A stretch of DNA of 64,000 bases from Prevotella sp. (GTDB lineage: Bacteria > Bacteroidota > Bacteroidia > Bacteroidales > Bacteroidaceae): the NCBI GenBank assembly GCA_017554105.1, contig JAFZIY010000029.1, positions 49,504 through 113,503 on the forward strand. The letters run 5' to 3'. Position 1 is the first letter of the stretch. Every line of letters starts with the position of its first letter. The position numbers and the translations under genes were made by a program. The notes below the pieces were generated by a model. It saw nothing but the letters and a program-made list of their open reading frames with translations, was not told where the DNA came from and did not search any database. Below are positions 19,149-28,562 of the stretch, piece by piece.

Positions 19149-20492
19149 ATGTCTGAGAGGGGAAGTTTCGCATCAAAGTTGGGCATCGTTCTTGCCACTG
19201 CCGGTTCTGCCGTAGGTTTGGGAAACATTTGGCGTTTCCCATATGAGACAGGGCAGAACGGAGGTGCGGCATTCATCATCATCTATCTTGTTTGCATCTT
19301 CTTGCTGGGCGTGCCAGCCATGCTGTGTGAGTTCATCATCGGGCGCCATGCACAGGCCAATGCCTCGCGTGCATACGGTGGCATGCCTTGGAAGTTGGTG
19401 GGTTATGTGGGTGTCTTCACAGGCTTTATCATCATGGGATTCTATAGCGTGGTGGCGGGATGGACCTTGCAGTATGTCTATGCTTCCGTTGTCGGACATC
19501 TCAGTGGTGATGCCGATTTCTTCATGACCTATTTTGCCGATTTCACCAATGACCCCGTGAAACCAGTGTTATGGACCATAGCATTCATGATTGTCACCCA
19601 CTTTATCATTATGAATGGCGTGCAACAAGGCATAGAACGGGCATCCAAACTGATGATGCCGGTGCTCTTTGTACTTCTGGTGGTGCTTGTCATCTGCTCG
19701 TTGATGCTGCCTGGCGCTATGAAGGGTGTCGATTTCCTGTTGCGTCCCGACTTTTCAAAAGTAAACCACGAGACCCTGCTTGATGCTCTTGGACAGACCT
19801 TCTTCTCACTATCCACGGGCATGGCATGCCTCTGTACCTATGCCAGTTATTTCGGCAAGAACATAAATCTCACTCGTTCCGCATTCCAGATTGCAGGCAT
19901 AGACACCCTTGTCGCAATACTCAGTGGACTGCTCATCTTCCCCGCTGCATTCTCGGTGGGCATAGAGGCAGACAGTGGTCCGTCGCTGATATTCATCACG
20001 TTGCCCAATGTCTTCCAGCAGGCATTTACCTCTGTGCCATGGCTTGGCTATGCGGTGAGCATCGTTTTCTATCTTCTGCTTGCCCTTGCAGCCCTCACTT
20101 CCATCATCTCAATGCATGAGACGCCAACGGCATTCGTGTCCGAGGAACTTGGCATCGGTCGCAAGAGCGCGTCCCGTTTTGTAACACTGGGTGCCATGTT
20201 TACCGGTGCCCTGTGCTCGTTGTCGCTCGGTGCCGTTCCGCAGTTGCAGTTGTTCGGCAAGTCACTCTTTGATTTCTTCGACTTCATTTCAGCCAACATA
20301 CTGCTCACGGCAGGCGGTTTCTTCACATGCCTCTATGTGGGATGGGTGTTGCCGAGACATATTATGATAGACGAGATTACCAACGGCGGAACACTGCGCG
20401 TACCCATGCTGCGGCTGTTCATCATCCTTGCCAAGTATGTCTGTCCGATAGGAATTCTCTTCATCTTCCTACATCAGTTTAATATTATCTGA
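19149..20492 (+). CDS. Sodium-dependent transporter, SNF family (tandem paralog)
   Basis: ORF 19122 (TTG); ATG at 19149 gives MSERGSFASKLGIVLATAGSAVGLGNIWRFPY, parallel to the upstream paralog. Confidence 0.9.
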   Translation: MSERGSFASKLGIVLATAGSAVGLGNIWRFPYETGQNGGAAFIIIYLVCIFLLGVPAMLCEFIIGRHAQANASRAYGGMPWKLVGYVGVFTGFIIMGFYSVVAGWTLQYVYASVVGHLSGDADFFMTYFADFTNDPVKPVLWTIAFMIVTHFIIMNGVQQGIERASKLMMPVLFVLLVVLVICSLMLPGAMKGVDFLLRPDFSKVNHETLLDALGQTFFSLSTGMACLCTYASYFGKNINLTRSAFQIAGIDTLVAILSGLLIFPAAFSVGIEADSGPSLIFITLPNVFQQAFTSVPWLGYAVSIVFYLLLALAALTSIISMHETPTAFVSEELGIGRKSASRFVTLGAMFTGALCSLSLGAVPQLQLFGKSLFDFFDFISANILLTAGGFFTCLYVGWVLPRHIMIDEITNGGTLRVPMLRLFIILAKYVCPIGILFIFLHQFNII

Positions 20493-20514
20493 CATTCAAT
20501 AAAACTAATATACT

Positions 20515-21924
20515 ATGGACATAAAGCAACTATACAAAATCTATCAGGAACACCCCGTAATAACCACCGACAGCCGCGACTGTCCGGAAGGGAGTATCTT
20601 CGTGGCACTGAAAGGTGAAAACTTCAATGGCAATACCTTTGCCGTGAGTGCACTGCAGAAGGGATGTTCCACCGCAATAATTGACGAGCCTACCGTCATC
20701 ATGCCGTCGGGAGAGGCTGTGTCATTCGACGACAACGGCACCGCAACAATATCTCTTGAAGATGGAAGGAAAGGCACGTTGATACTCGTCAGTGACACGC
20801 TTCAGACATTCAAGGACCTTGCACGCGAGCACCGCCGACAGTTCAACATACCCGTCATTGGTGTGACGGGAACCAACGGCAAGACAACGACCAAGGAACT
20901 TATCGCCGCCGTTCTCTCACAAAAGTTCAACGTTCTCTACACTCAGGGAAACTTCAATAATGACGTGGGAGTGCCCAAGACACTATTCCGTCTGACAAAA
21001 GACCATGAGATTGCAGTCATAGAGATGGGAGCCTCACATCCTGGCGACATCAAGACATTGGCAGAGACTGCCGAGCCCACCTGTGGTCTGATTACCAATG
21101 TGGGACGTGCCCATCTGCAGGGCTTCGGTTCCTTCGAGGGCGTCGTAAAGACGAAATGCGAACTGTACGATTTCCTCCGCACCCGTCAGGACAGCCTGGT
21201 TATTATCAATGCTGACAACGAAATACTGATGGACCAGATCTCGGACGACGATAGTTTCTGGGTGACCTCCTATTCTACGAATAAGGAATACCAGACAGCC
21301 TGCATCACTGGCGAGATCATCGCCTGCGACCCTTTCCTGAAGTTCCGCTGGCGCGAACCGCTGATGGTTCTCGAAGAGGAGGGACGCTCGCTGAAGTGGC
21401 ATAAGATACAGACACACCTCATCGGCTCCTATAATATCGATAATATGTTGGCAGCCATTGCCGTGGGCATCAATTTCGGTGTGGACCGTAAGAAGATATG
21501 TGACGCCCTGGAGAACTACGTGCCGTCAAACAACCGTAGTCAGATGACAGTGACAGAGCATAACCACCTTGTCGTGGATGCCTATAATGCCAACCCCACG
21601 AGCATGAAAGCAGCCATCGACAACTTCAAGTTGATGGAGGTGTCACCCAAGATGGCCATTATAGGAAAGATGGGAGAACTAGGTGATGTAGCGCAGGAGG
21701 AGCACCAGAGAGTAGTGGATATGTTGGCGGAGGCTCATTTTGACAAGGTGTGGTTAGTAGGCGACGAGTTTACTGATACCGACCGCTCGATGCTTGACGC
21801 CAGACTCTTCCATGACGTCGAGGAGTTGAAAGCCGCAATCAAGGAGCAACAGCCTTGTGGTTATTACATCCTTATCAAGGGAAGTAACAGTAACAGACTC
21901 TTCGAGTTGCCCGAACTGCTATGA
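20515..21924 (+). CDS. murF: UDP-N-acetylmuramoyl-tripeptide--D-alanyl-D-alanine ligase
   Basis: GVTGTNGKTTTKE P-loop, EMGASHPGDI, NVGRAHL, DAYNANP. Confidence 0.9.
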   Translation: MDIKQLYKIYQEHPVITTDSRDCPEGSIFVALKGENFNGNTFAVSALQKGCSTAIIDEPTVIMPSGEAVSFDDNGTATISLEDGRKGTLILVSDTLQTFKDLAREHRRQFNIPVIGVTGTNGKTTTKELIAAVLSQKFNVLYTQGNFNNDVGVPKTLFRLTKDHEIAVIEMGASHPGDIKTLAETAEPTCGLITNVGRAHLQGFGSFEGVVKTKCELYDFLRTRQDSLVIINADNEILMDQISDDDSFWVTSYSTNKEYQTACITGEIIACDPFLKFRWREPLMVLEEEGRSLKWHKIQTHLIGSYNIDNMLAAIAVGINFGVDRKKICDALENYVPSNNRSQMTVTEHNHLVVDAYNANPTSMKAAIDNFKLMEVSPKMAIIGKMGELGDVAQEEHQRVVDMLAEAHFDKVWLVGDEFTDTDRSMLDARLFHDVEELKAAIKEQQPCGYYILIKGSNSNRLFELPELL

Positions 21925-21957
21925 CGCATCACATAGGACACTAAACTCAAAACAGTA

Positions 21958-22839
21958 ATGAAGCCCGTACGTAACGACAGTATCGTTATTCTAATGGTTG
22001 TCCTTGCCATTGTTGCATTCTTCATCGGGAAAGGAGTGCGCAACAATGACAAGATGACCGAGGTACTGCCCGAAGACTCCGCAGCATTCACTCAATGGCA
22101 GAGAGGCGGGGAAAGAGGAAACTACGCACAGACTCAGAAATTCTACAACACAGAGGGCAAGAAAGCAGAACGATTCTATTTCGACCCAAATGTCGCAGAC
22201 AGCGTAACACTCAGTCAACTTGGGCTGAGACAATGGCAAGTGCGCAACATACTGAAATACCGGCAGAAAGGCGGAAAGTTCAGAAAGCCCACTGACTTTG
22301 CACGACTTTACGGACTTTCCCCTTCAGAGTATAAAAGCCTTGAGCCATATATCAGGATTGCTGACGAGGGGATGGGAAAAGAAGACATGCGGAAGGAAGA
22401 AGGGACGCGTAAGACGGTGGACTCCATGAACTACATAGTGAAAATGAAGGAGGGAGAGACATTGGAACTGAACAGTGTCGACACCACCGCCCTGAAGAAA
22501 GTGCCCGGGATAGGTAGTGCGTATGCCAGGGCTATAGTGAACTACCGCAACAGACTGGGAGGATATGCCCGTGTGGAACAGTTGAAGGAGATTTCAGGAC
22601 TGCCGGAGAGCGCCCTGAGTTTCTTTACCATAGGAAAAGTGGAGGTTAAGTGTATCGACGTGAACAGGATGACCATCGACCAACTGAAAAAGCATCCTTA
22701 TATTAACTTCTATCAGGCACGTAGTATTGTTGAGCATAGAAGACTGCACGGTCCACTGCGTTCGGTGGCAGAAATGAGGATGATGAGCGATTTCACGGAA
22801 AAAGACATAGAAAGACTTCTGCCATACCTGAAATTCTAG
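21958..22839 (+). CDS. ComEA-like helix-hairpin-helix domain protein
   Basis: N-terminal TM segment and two HhH modules (LKKVPGIGSAYARAIVNYRNRLGGY; LKKHPYINFYQARSIVEHR). Confidence 0.7.
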   Translation: MKPVRNDSIVILMVVLAIVAFFIGKGVRNNDKMTEVLPEDSAAFTQWQRGGERGNYAQTQKFYNTEGKKAERFYFDPNVADSVTLSQLGLRQWQVRNILKYRQKGGKFRKPTDFARLYGLSPSEYKSLEPYIRIADEGMGKEDMRKEEGTRKTVDSMNYIVKMKEGETLELNSVDTTALKKVPGIGSAYARAIVNYRNRLGGYARVEQLKEISGLPESALSFFTIGKVEVKCIDVNRMTIDQLKKHPYINFYQARSIVEHRRLHGPLRSVAEMRMMSDFTEKDIERLLPYLKF

Positions 22840-22941
22840 AAATGTGTAACAATTGTTTCACTATTTTGTAAAAAATGGAGAAAAAAGCATGGTAATTTGC
22901 AATTATCGTGGAATAAGACTACTTTTTTTTGATACTTTTTC

Positions 22942-22949
22942 TATCTTTG
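22942..22949 (+). promoter_or_regulatory. Orphan -7 box (TATCTTTG) with no ORF behind it
   Basis: TATCTTTG is followed by about 240 nt with stops in all frames. Confidence 0.4.
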
Positions 22950-22955
22950 CAAACA

Positions 22956-23196
22956 GAGATAGATAGTTATTTTGATTGAACGTAGAGACGTTCATTTCAT
23001 GAAATAGTTGTTATTAAAATGGCAATATAGATATCATTGATAATAGTTAATAGTTTTTTTAAAACCTTTTATTGAGAAATGTAGATCTCTGCTTTGATGA
23101 CTGCCCGTGAGGGTTCTGCATATAGCGAATTATTTTTCTGAGATCTATAAGAAATTCCACCCGTTATCCGAGAGGACAAAGGGTGGATTTTTATTT
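22956..23196 (+). ncRNA. Candidate small RNA or folP leader (promoter box to intrinsic terminator)
   Basis: No ORF. Internal 8-bp stem TAGATCTC (23082-89) / GAGATCTA (23140-47). 3' hairpin CCACCC...GGGTGG followed by ATTTTTATTT (23157-23196). Confidence 0.3.
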
Positions 23197-23258
23197 GCTG
23201 CTATTCCTAAATTTGAATAAAAAAGAGGCGAAAGTTTTGTAGTATGGTTGATTTGTAG

Positions 23259-23266
23259 TATTTTTG
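23259..23266 (+). promoter_or_regulatory. -7 box (TATTTTTG) for folP
   Basis: TATTTTTG lies 21 nt upstream of ATG 23287. Confidence 0.5.
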
Positions 23267-23286
23267 CAGATGAAAGTCGTTGCGTC

Positions 23287-24171
23287 ATGTTAGCGACCGT
23301 GAAGACGATGAAAGACCATAACACAGACTATACGCTGAACATTGGTGGCAAATTGCTGTCGCTGGGCAGTCCTTTGGTAATGGGAATCCTCAACTGCACG
23401 CCCGACTCCTTCTTCGAGGGAAGCAGGAAGCAGACGGAGGAGGAGATTGCCGCCCGTGCCAATGAGATAATCGAGGAGGGTGGCGGCATCATTGATGTAG
23501 GTGCCTTTTCCACGCGTCCCGGTGCTGCGCAGGTAAGTGAGGAGGAGGAGATGAGTCGTCTGCGCTTTGCTCTCGAAATCGTAAGACGTCAGCAGGCGGA
23601 TGCCGTGCTGAGCATCGACACCTTCCGTCACGACGTGGCGAAGATGGCCGTTGAGGAGTTTGGTGCTGGCATTATAAATGATGTCAGTGGCGGCAACCCC
23701 GAAGGCTCATTTGGTGGCGAGTCGTCAACAGACTACGCTACCGATGACGATGCTGATTGCACTCCAGTGCTTGACGAAGGATGGCATGGCGGCGTGGCCT
23801 ATGTGCTGATGTCCAGTCAGGGTCCGCTGGAAGAAACTATGAAGTTCTTTGCCCATCGTGTCAGGCAGTTGCGATGTCGCGGTCAGCGTGACATCATCCT
23901 CGACCCGGGTTTCGGCTTCGGTAAGACGATGGAGCAGAACTTCGACACGCTATACAGGATGGAACTGCTGCAGGAGTTTGGGCTTCCCGTACTTGCAGGA
24001 CTGTCGCGCAAGACGATGATATGGCGCACCCTTGGCATTACCCCTGCCGAGGCGCTGAATGGTACCAGTGTGCTGAACACCGTGGCACTGCTGAAAGGTG
24101 CATCGATACTGCGTGTCCATGACGTGAAAGAGGCTGTTGAGGCCGTAAAACTCGTAACTCCTAACTTCTAA
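23287..24171 (+). CDS. folP: Dihydropteroate synthase
   Basis: ORF 23248..24171; the start is placed at the first ATG after the promoter box. Motifs: GILNCTPDSFFEG, IIDVGAFSTRPG, INDVSGG, ILDPGFGFGKT, ILRVHDV. Carries an acidic insertion (SSTDYATDDDADC...). Confidence 0.9.
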   Translation: MLATVKTMKDHNTDYTLNIGGKLLSLGSPLVMGILNCTPDSFFEGSRKQTEEEIAARANEIIEEGGGIIDVGAFSTRPGAAQVSEEEEMSRLRFALEIVRRQQADAVLSIDTFRHDVAKMAVEEFGAGIINDVSGGNPEGSFGGESSTDYATDDDADCTPVLDEGWHGGVAYVLMSSQGPLEETMKFFAHRVRQLRCRGQRDIILDPGFGFGKTMEQNFDTLYRMELLQEFGLPVLAGLSRKTMIWRTLGITPAEALNGTSVLNTVALLKGASILRVHDVKEAVEAVKLVTPNF

Positions 24172-24188
24172 CTCGTAACTCCTAACTC
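24151..24188. repeat. Tandem copy of the CTCGTAACTCCTAACT motif spanning the folP stop codon
   Basis: ctcgtaactcctaacttcta / actcgtaactcctaactc. The same motif recurs at 49913-49955 and inverted at 49081-49100. Confidence 0.7.
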
Positions 24189-24194
24189 AAAGTA

Positions 24195-24962
24195 ATGTTT
24201 GATTTCGGAATAAAAGACATAATAGACATCTTGGCCGTTGCGCTTGGTCTCTACTATATTTATAGGGTGATGAAGGCGTCGCGCTCACTGAATGTGTTCG
24301 GTGGCATCATCGTATTCTTCATAGTGTGGATATTCGTGAGCCGCGTGTTCGAGATGCGTCTCCTGGGAGCCATCATGGACAACCTGATGAGCGTGGGAGT
24401 GATAGCACTGATTATTCTCTTTCAGGACGAGATACGAAAGTTCTTCTATAATGTCGGGGCACATCAGAATTTCAGTGCCCTGGCGAAGTTCTTCAGGAGC
24501 GACAAGAGGAAGAGCAAGGTTGACAAGGAGAGCGTAATGGCGATAGTACGTGCTTGTATGAGTATGGGACGTGGCAAGGTGGGTGCGTTGATAGTCATCG
24601 AACGCAGCACCCCTCTTGACGACATTGCGGAGACGGGCGAGAAGATAGACTCTCGACTGAGCCAGCGACTGATAGAGAGCATCTTCTTCAAGAACTCACC
24701 ACTGCACGACGGTGCCATGGTGGTGGCAAAGAAAAGGATAAAGGCAGCGGGATGTATCCTGCCTGTGAGCCATGACGTGAACATCCCGAAGGAACTGGGA
24801 CTGCGCCACCGTGCCGCGATGGGAATATCGGAGGAGAGCGACGCTCTGGCAGTGGTGGTGTCAGAGGAGACGGGACGCATCAGCGTGGCATTCCACGGCA
24901 AGATGCAACTGCGACTGTCGGCAGAGGACCTTGAGAGTCTGCTCACTAAGGAAATGCAGTGA
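24195..24962 (+). CDS. cdaA: Diadenylate cyclase (c-di-AMP synthase, CdaA type)
   Basis: Three N-terminal TM segments and a DAC domain with DGAMVV and RHRAAMGISEESDALAVVVSEETG. Confidence 0.9.
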   Translation: MFDFGIKDIIDILAVALGLYYIYRVMKASRSLNVFGGIIVFFIVWIFVSRVFEMRLLGAIMDNLMSVGVIALIILFQDEIRKFFYNVGAHQNFSALAKFFRSDKRKSKVDKESVMAIVRACMSMGRGKVGALIVIERSTPLDDIAETGEKIDSRLSQRLIESIFFKNSPLHDGAMVVAKKRIKAAGCILPVSHDVNIPKELGLRHRAAMGISEESDALAVVVSEETGRISVAFHGKMQLRLSAEDLESLLTKEMQ

Positions 24963-25031
24963 CGGCAGCGATATCCAACAGAAGAAAAACAACTATGTCA
25001 AACAACTATAAACAATAAAAATTTATCTACT

Positions 25032-26039
25032 ATGGATTTGGTGCAACAAATAATTGCGCGTGCTAAGAGTAACAAGCAACGCATCGTGCTCCCCGAGGCT
25101 GAGGAGGAGCGTACACTGACAGCAGCCGACAGAGTATTGGCTGAAGACATTGCTAACCTTATATTGATAGGAAATCCTGAGAAGGTGCATGCACTGGCAG
25201 ACCGTCTCGGACTGAAAAACATCGACAAGGCAACTCTCATAAACCCTGAGAACTGCGAGAAGAGCGAGGAATACGCACAGTTGCTCGCTGAACTGCGCAA
25301 GAAGAAGGGTATGACAATAGAGGAGGCTCGCAAACTGGTGAGGAATCCTCTCTATCTGGGATGTATGATAATAAAGACCGGTGATGCTGACGGACAGATA
25401 AGCGGTGCGCTTTCTACCACTGGCGACACGCTGCGCCCGGCACTCCAGATTATCAAGACACAGCCTGGAATCACCTGCGTCAGCGGTGCCATGCTGATGC
25501 TCACACAGACTCCGCAGTATGGAGAGAACGGTATATTGGTTATCGGTGACGTTGCCGTTACCCCAATGCCCGATGCCAACCAGTTGGCTCAGATTGCTGT
25601 ATGTACGGCTCAGACGGCGAAGTCGGTGGCTGGTTTCGAGGAACCACGCGTGGCAATGCTCAGTTTCTCTACTAAAGGCTCGGCAACGCACGAGGTGGTT
25701 GACAAGGTGATTGAGGCCACAAAGTTGGCAAAGGAGATGGCTCCCGACCTGAAGATTGACGGTGAGTTGCAGGCAGATGCCTCACTGGTGCCCACCGTGG
25801 GACAGAAGAAGGCTCCAGGCTCGGAGATTGCAGGACGTGCCAATGTCCTCGTGGTGCCATGTCTTGAGGTTGGTAACATCGCTTATAAGTTGGTAGAGCG
25901 TCTCGGTGGTGCCGTAGCCCTTGGTCCTATCCTCCAGGGTATCGCCCGTCCGGTGAACGACCTCAGCCGTGGCTGTTCTGTTGACGACATCTATAAGATG
26001 GTTGCCATCACCGCATGCCAGGCAATGGATGCGAAGTAA
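25032..26039 (+). CDS. pta: Phosphate acetyltransferase
   Basis: 335 aa. [46 protein letters not shown]. Confidence 0.95.
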   Translation: MDLVQQIIARAKSNKQRIVLPEAEEERTLTAADRVLAEDIANLILIGNPEKVHALADRLGLKNIDKATLINPENCEKSEEYAQLLAELRKKKGMTIEEARKLVRNPLYLGCMIIKTGDADGQISGALSTTGDTLRPALQIIKTQPGITCVSGAMLMLTQTPQYGENGILVIGDVAVTPMPDANQLAQIAVCTAQTAKSVAGFEEPRVAMLSFSTKGSATHEVVDKVIEATKLAKEMAPDLKIDGELQADASLVPTVGQKKAPGSEIAGRANVLVVPCLEVGNIAYKLVERLGGAVALGPILQGIARPVNDLSRGCSVDDIYKMVAITACQAMDAK

Positions 26040-26046
26040 TATTAAT

Positions 26047-26159
26047 CCCCTAAGTTAGGGGCAGGGGGTCTGAACAGGCGCAGACTTCCATTACAAATAA
26101 TAAACAAACCGGGTCTGGTCTTTCGCTTGTTCAGACCCCCATCCCCCTAACTCAGGGGG
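26047..26159. repeat. ~113-bp palindromic (MITE/REP-like) element between pta and ackA
   Basis: Left arm CCCCTAAGTTAGGGGCAGGGGGTCTGAACA. The right arm is its near-perfect reverse complement TGTTCAGACCCCCATCCCCCTAACTCAGGGG. A rearranged copy lies at 63379-63506. Confidence 0.85.
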
Positions 26160-26167
26160 CTAAAGAT

Positions 26168-27361
26168 ATGAAGATATTAGTATTGAATTGTGGTTCGTCT
26201 TCGATAAAGTACGCATTGTACAACATGGACGACAAAAGTGTGATGACAAGTGGCGGCGCTGAGCGCGTAGGTCTGGATGGTGCTTTCGTGAAAGTGAAAC
26301 TCGCCAATGGTGAGAAGAAGCAGATTATGCACGACATCCCTGAGCATACTGAGGGAGTGAAGTTCATCTTCTCATTGCTCACCGACCCAGAGATAGGTGT
26401 CATCAAAGACCTTAGTGAGATTGACGCTGTGGGCCATCGCATGGTGCACGGCGGAGAGAAGTTCAACAAGTCGGTAATCCTCACCGACGAGGTGCTCAAG
26501 GCTTTCGAGGAGTGCTCCGACCTTGCCCCGTTGCATAACCCAGCAAACCTCAAGGGAGTGAACGCTGTGAAAGAACTGATGCCTGGTCTTCCGCAGGTGG
26601 GAGTGTTCGACACCGCGTTCCACCAGACAATGCCACCGAAGGCTTATATGTATGCCATTCCATACGAACTATACGAGAAGTACGGCATTCGTCGCTATGG
26701 CTTCCACGGCACCAGCCACCGCTATGTCTCTGCACGTGCCTGTGAGTTTCTGGGTATTCCCGCCGAAGGCACGAAGATGGTGACCTGCCATGTGGGCAAC
26801 GGCGGCTCCATTGCTGCTGTGGTTGATGGCAAGTGTATCGACACCTCGATGGGTCTCACTCCGCTTGAAGGTCTGATGATGGGCACGCGTGCCGGTGACA
26901 TCGACGGTGGTGCTGTCACATTTATTGAGAAGAAGCTTGGACTGGATGCCGACGGCATGTCAAACCTGCTCAACAAGAAGAGTGGTGTGGCTGGTCTGAC
27001 AGGTGGTTCTTCCGATATGCGCGACGTGGAGAATGCAGCCAAGAGCGGTGACCCGAAAGCAAAACTGGCTCAGGACATGTATTTCTATCGCATCAAGAAG
27101 TACATCGGTGCCTATGCTGCTGCCATGGGTGGACTCGATGTCGTTGTCTTCACGGCCGGTGTTGGTGAGAACCAGACATCCATGCGCAGCGAAGTGTGCA
27201 AGAACATGGAGTTCCTTGGCATTAAGTTCGACGAGGAGAGAAACAAGGCTCGTGGCGAGGAAACCATCATCTCTGCCGACGACTCAAAAGTAAAGGTTGT
27301 AGTCATTCCTACCGACGAGGAACTGATGATTGCCACCGACACCATGAACCTCTTGAAATAA
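26168..27361 (+). CDS. ackA: Acetate kinase
   Basis: MKILVLNCGSSSIKY, HRMVHGG, FDTAFHQTMP, YGFHGTSH, TCHVGNGGS, FTAGVGEN. Confidence 0.97.
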   Translation: MKILVLNCGSSSIKYALYNMDDKSVMTSGGAERVGLDGAFVKVKLANGEKKQIMHDIPEHTEGVKFIFSLLTDPEIGVIKDLSEIDAVGHRMVHGGEKFNKSVILTDEVLKAFEECSDLAPLHNPANLKGVNAVKELMPGLPQVGVFDTAFHQTMPPKAYMYAIPYELYEKYGIRRYGFHGTSHRYVSARACEFLGIPAEGTKMVTCHVGNGGSIAAVVDGKCIDTSMGLTPLEGLMMGTRAGDIDGGAVTFIEKKLGLDADGMSNLLNKKSGVAGLTGGSSDMRDVENAAKSGDPKAKLAQDMYFYRIKKYIGAYAAAMGGLDVVVFTAGVGENQTSMRSEVCKNMEFLGIKFDEERNKARGEETIISADDSKVKVVVIPTDEELMIATDTMNLLK

Positions 27362-27427
27362 TATTCTTTAAGGTTATAGTCGGACATGCCGGATATTCTG
27401 GCTTGTCCGACTATTAATATTTATGTC

Positions 27428-28498
27428 ATGAAAAGCAGGGTGGTAACGTTCGGAGAGATATTGCTCCGTTTCTCTAAGCCCGACTGTCTGAGACTGAGTC
27501 AGGGGAACAGGTTTGTCGGGAAGTATGGCGGCTCGGAGGCTAACGTTGCCGTCAGCCTTGCCATGCAGGGCGACGAGGTGGAGTATGTCTCGGCGGTTCC
27601 CGGCAATGACGTGGGACGTGCTGCGCGTCAGGCGTTGCAGGAGTATGGCGTGGGCACACGGCATGTCATTACCTGTGGGCAACGCCTAGGCACCTATTAC
27701 TTCGAGGAGGCTGCGGCACTGCGCAACTCACGCGTGGCATACGACCGCAACGGGTCGTCGTTCTCCGAACTGCGTCCTGGCATGATTGACTGGCGCTCGG
27801 CACTGAAGGACGCTGCCGTGCTACACTGCTCGGGCATCACATGTGCCATCTCGCAGGGTGCTGCCGATGCGACGTTCGAGGCCATAGAGACAGCGAACGA
27901 GATGGGGATTACCATCTCGTGTGACATCAACTACCGCAAAAATCTATGGAAATATCCCGGTGCCGACCCTCATGAGACGCTCGACCGCCTGATGAAATAC
28001 AGTGACATCATATTCGGCGACGCCATAGAGTGGTATGTCGTCTCAGGACATCCGCAGGTGCCGTTCACCGCGCTCTCGTCTGACTATCAGATGGACCTCG
28101 ATGCCTATAAGGACTGGCTCGATGCCATCCATGAGCAGTTCCCACGTTGTCGCAAGACGCTCATTGGCATCCGCAATCAGGTTTCTTCCAACCATCACAC
28201 GCTCACTGGCGTGCTTCTTGCAGACGAGAAGATGTATCACACACGTATCATCGACATCCCGCAGATAATAGACCCGATGGGCGTTGGAGATGCCTTTGCC
28301 GCCGCAATGATACACGCCCACCTGCACCATCCTGGCGACTCACAGTTCTTCCTTGACTACTCACTTGCCGCGGCAGCGCTGAAAGGTACTATCCCCGGCG
28401 ACTTCAACCTCTCGACAGAGGATGAGATACTTGCTGCCATGAGCAGGGACGGTGGAGCGCGTCCGCTGCTCCGCCATAAGGACTATGAGGAAGGCTGA
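27428..28498 (+). CDS. PfkB-family sugar kinase (2-dehydro-3-deoxygluconokinase-like)
   Basis: ORF 27386; ATG at 27428 gives MKSRVVTFGEILLRF. Motifs GGSEANVAVSLA and GVGDAFAAAMIHA. Confidence 0.8.
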   Translation: MKSRVVTFGEILLRFSKPDCLRLSQGNRFVGKYGGSEANVAVSLAMQGDEVEYVSAVPGNDVGRAARQALQEYGVGTRHVITCGQRLGTYYFEEAAALRNSRVAYDRNGSSFSELRPGMIDWRSALKDAAVLHCSGITCAISQGAADATFEAIETANEMGITISCDINYRKNLWKYPGADPHETLDRLMKYSDIIFGDAIEWYVVSGHPQVPFTALSSDYQMDLDAYKDWLDAIHEQFPRCRKTLIGIRNQVSSNHHTLTGVLLADEKMYHTRIIDIPQIIDPMGVGDAFAAAMIHAHLHHPGDSQFFLDYSLAAAALKGTIPGDFNLSTEDEILAAMSRDGGARPLLRHKDYEEG

Positions 28499-28526
28499 GC
28501 CACTCTCAACACTAGGTCCTAAATAC

Positions 28527-28562
28527 AAGATGTGAGAAATGCCCGGCATTTCTCACATCTTG
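28527..28562. terminator. Perfect ~36-bp palindrome between convergent kinase and lpxH genes (bidirectional terminator candidate)
   Basis: CAAGATGTGAGAAATGCC-c-GGCATTTCTCACATCTTG. It overlaps the last codons and stop of lpxH. Confidence 0.5.

Noticed and set aside
22840-23250. Known folate-related riboswitch (THF, ZTP) upstream of folP
   Set aside because: I could not find the conserved cores I remember, for example the CCGCCTGGGC-like ZTP pseudoknot. The region is kept only as an unclassified candidate RNA.
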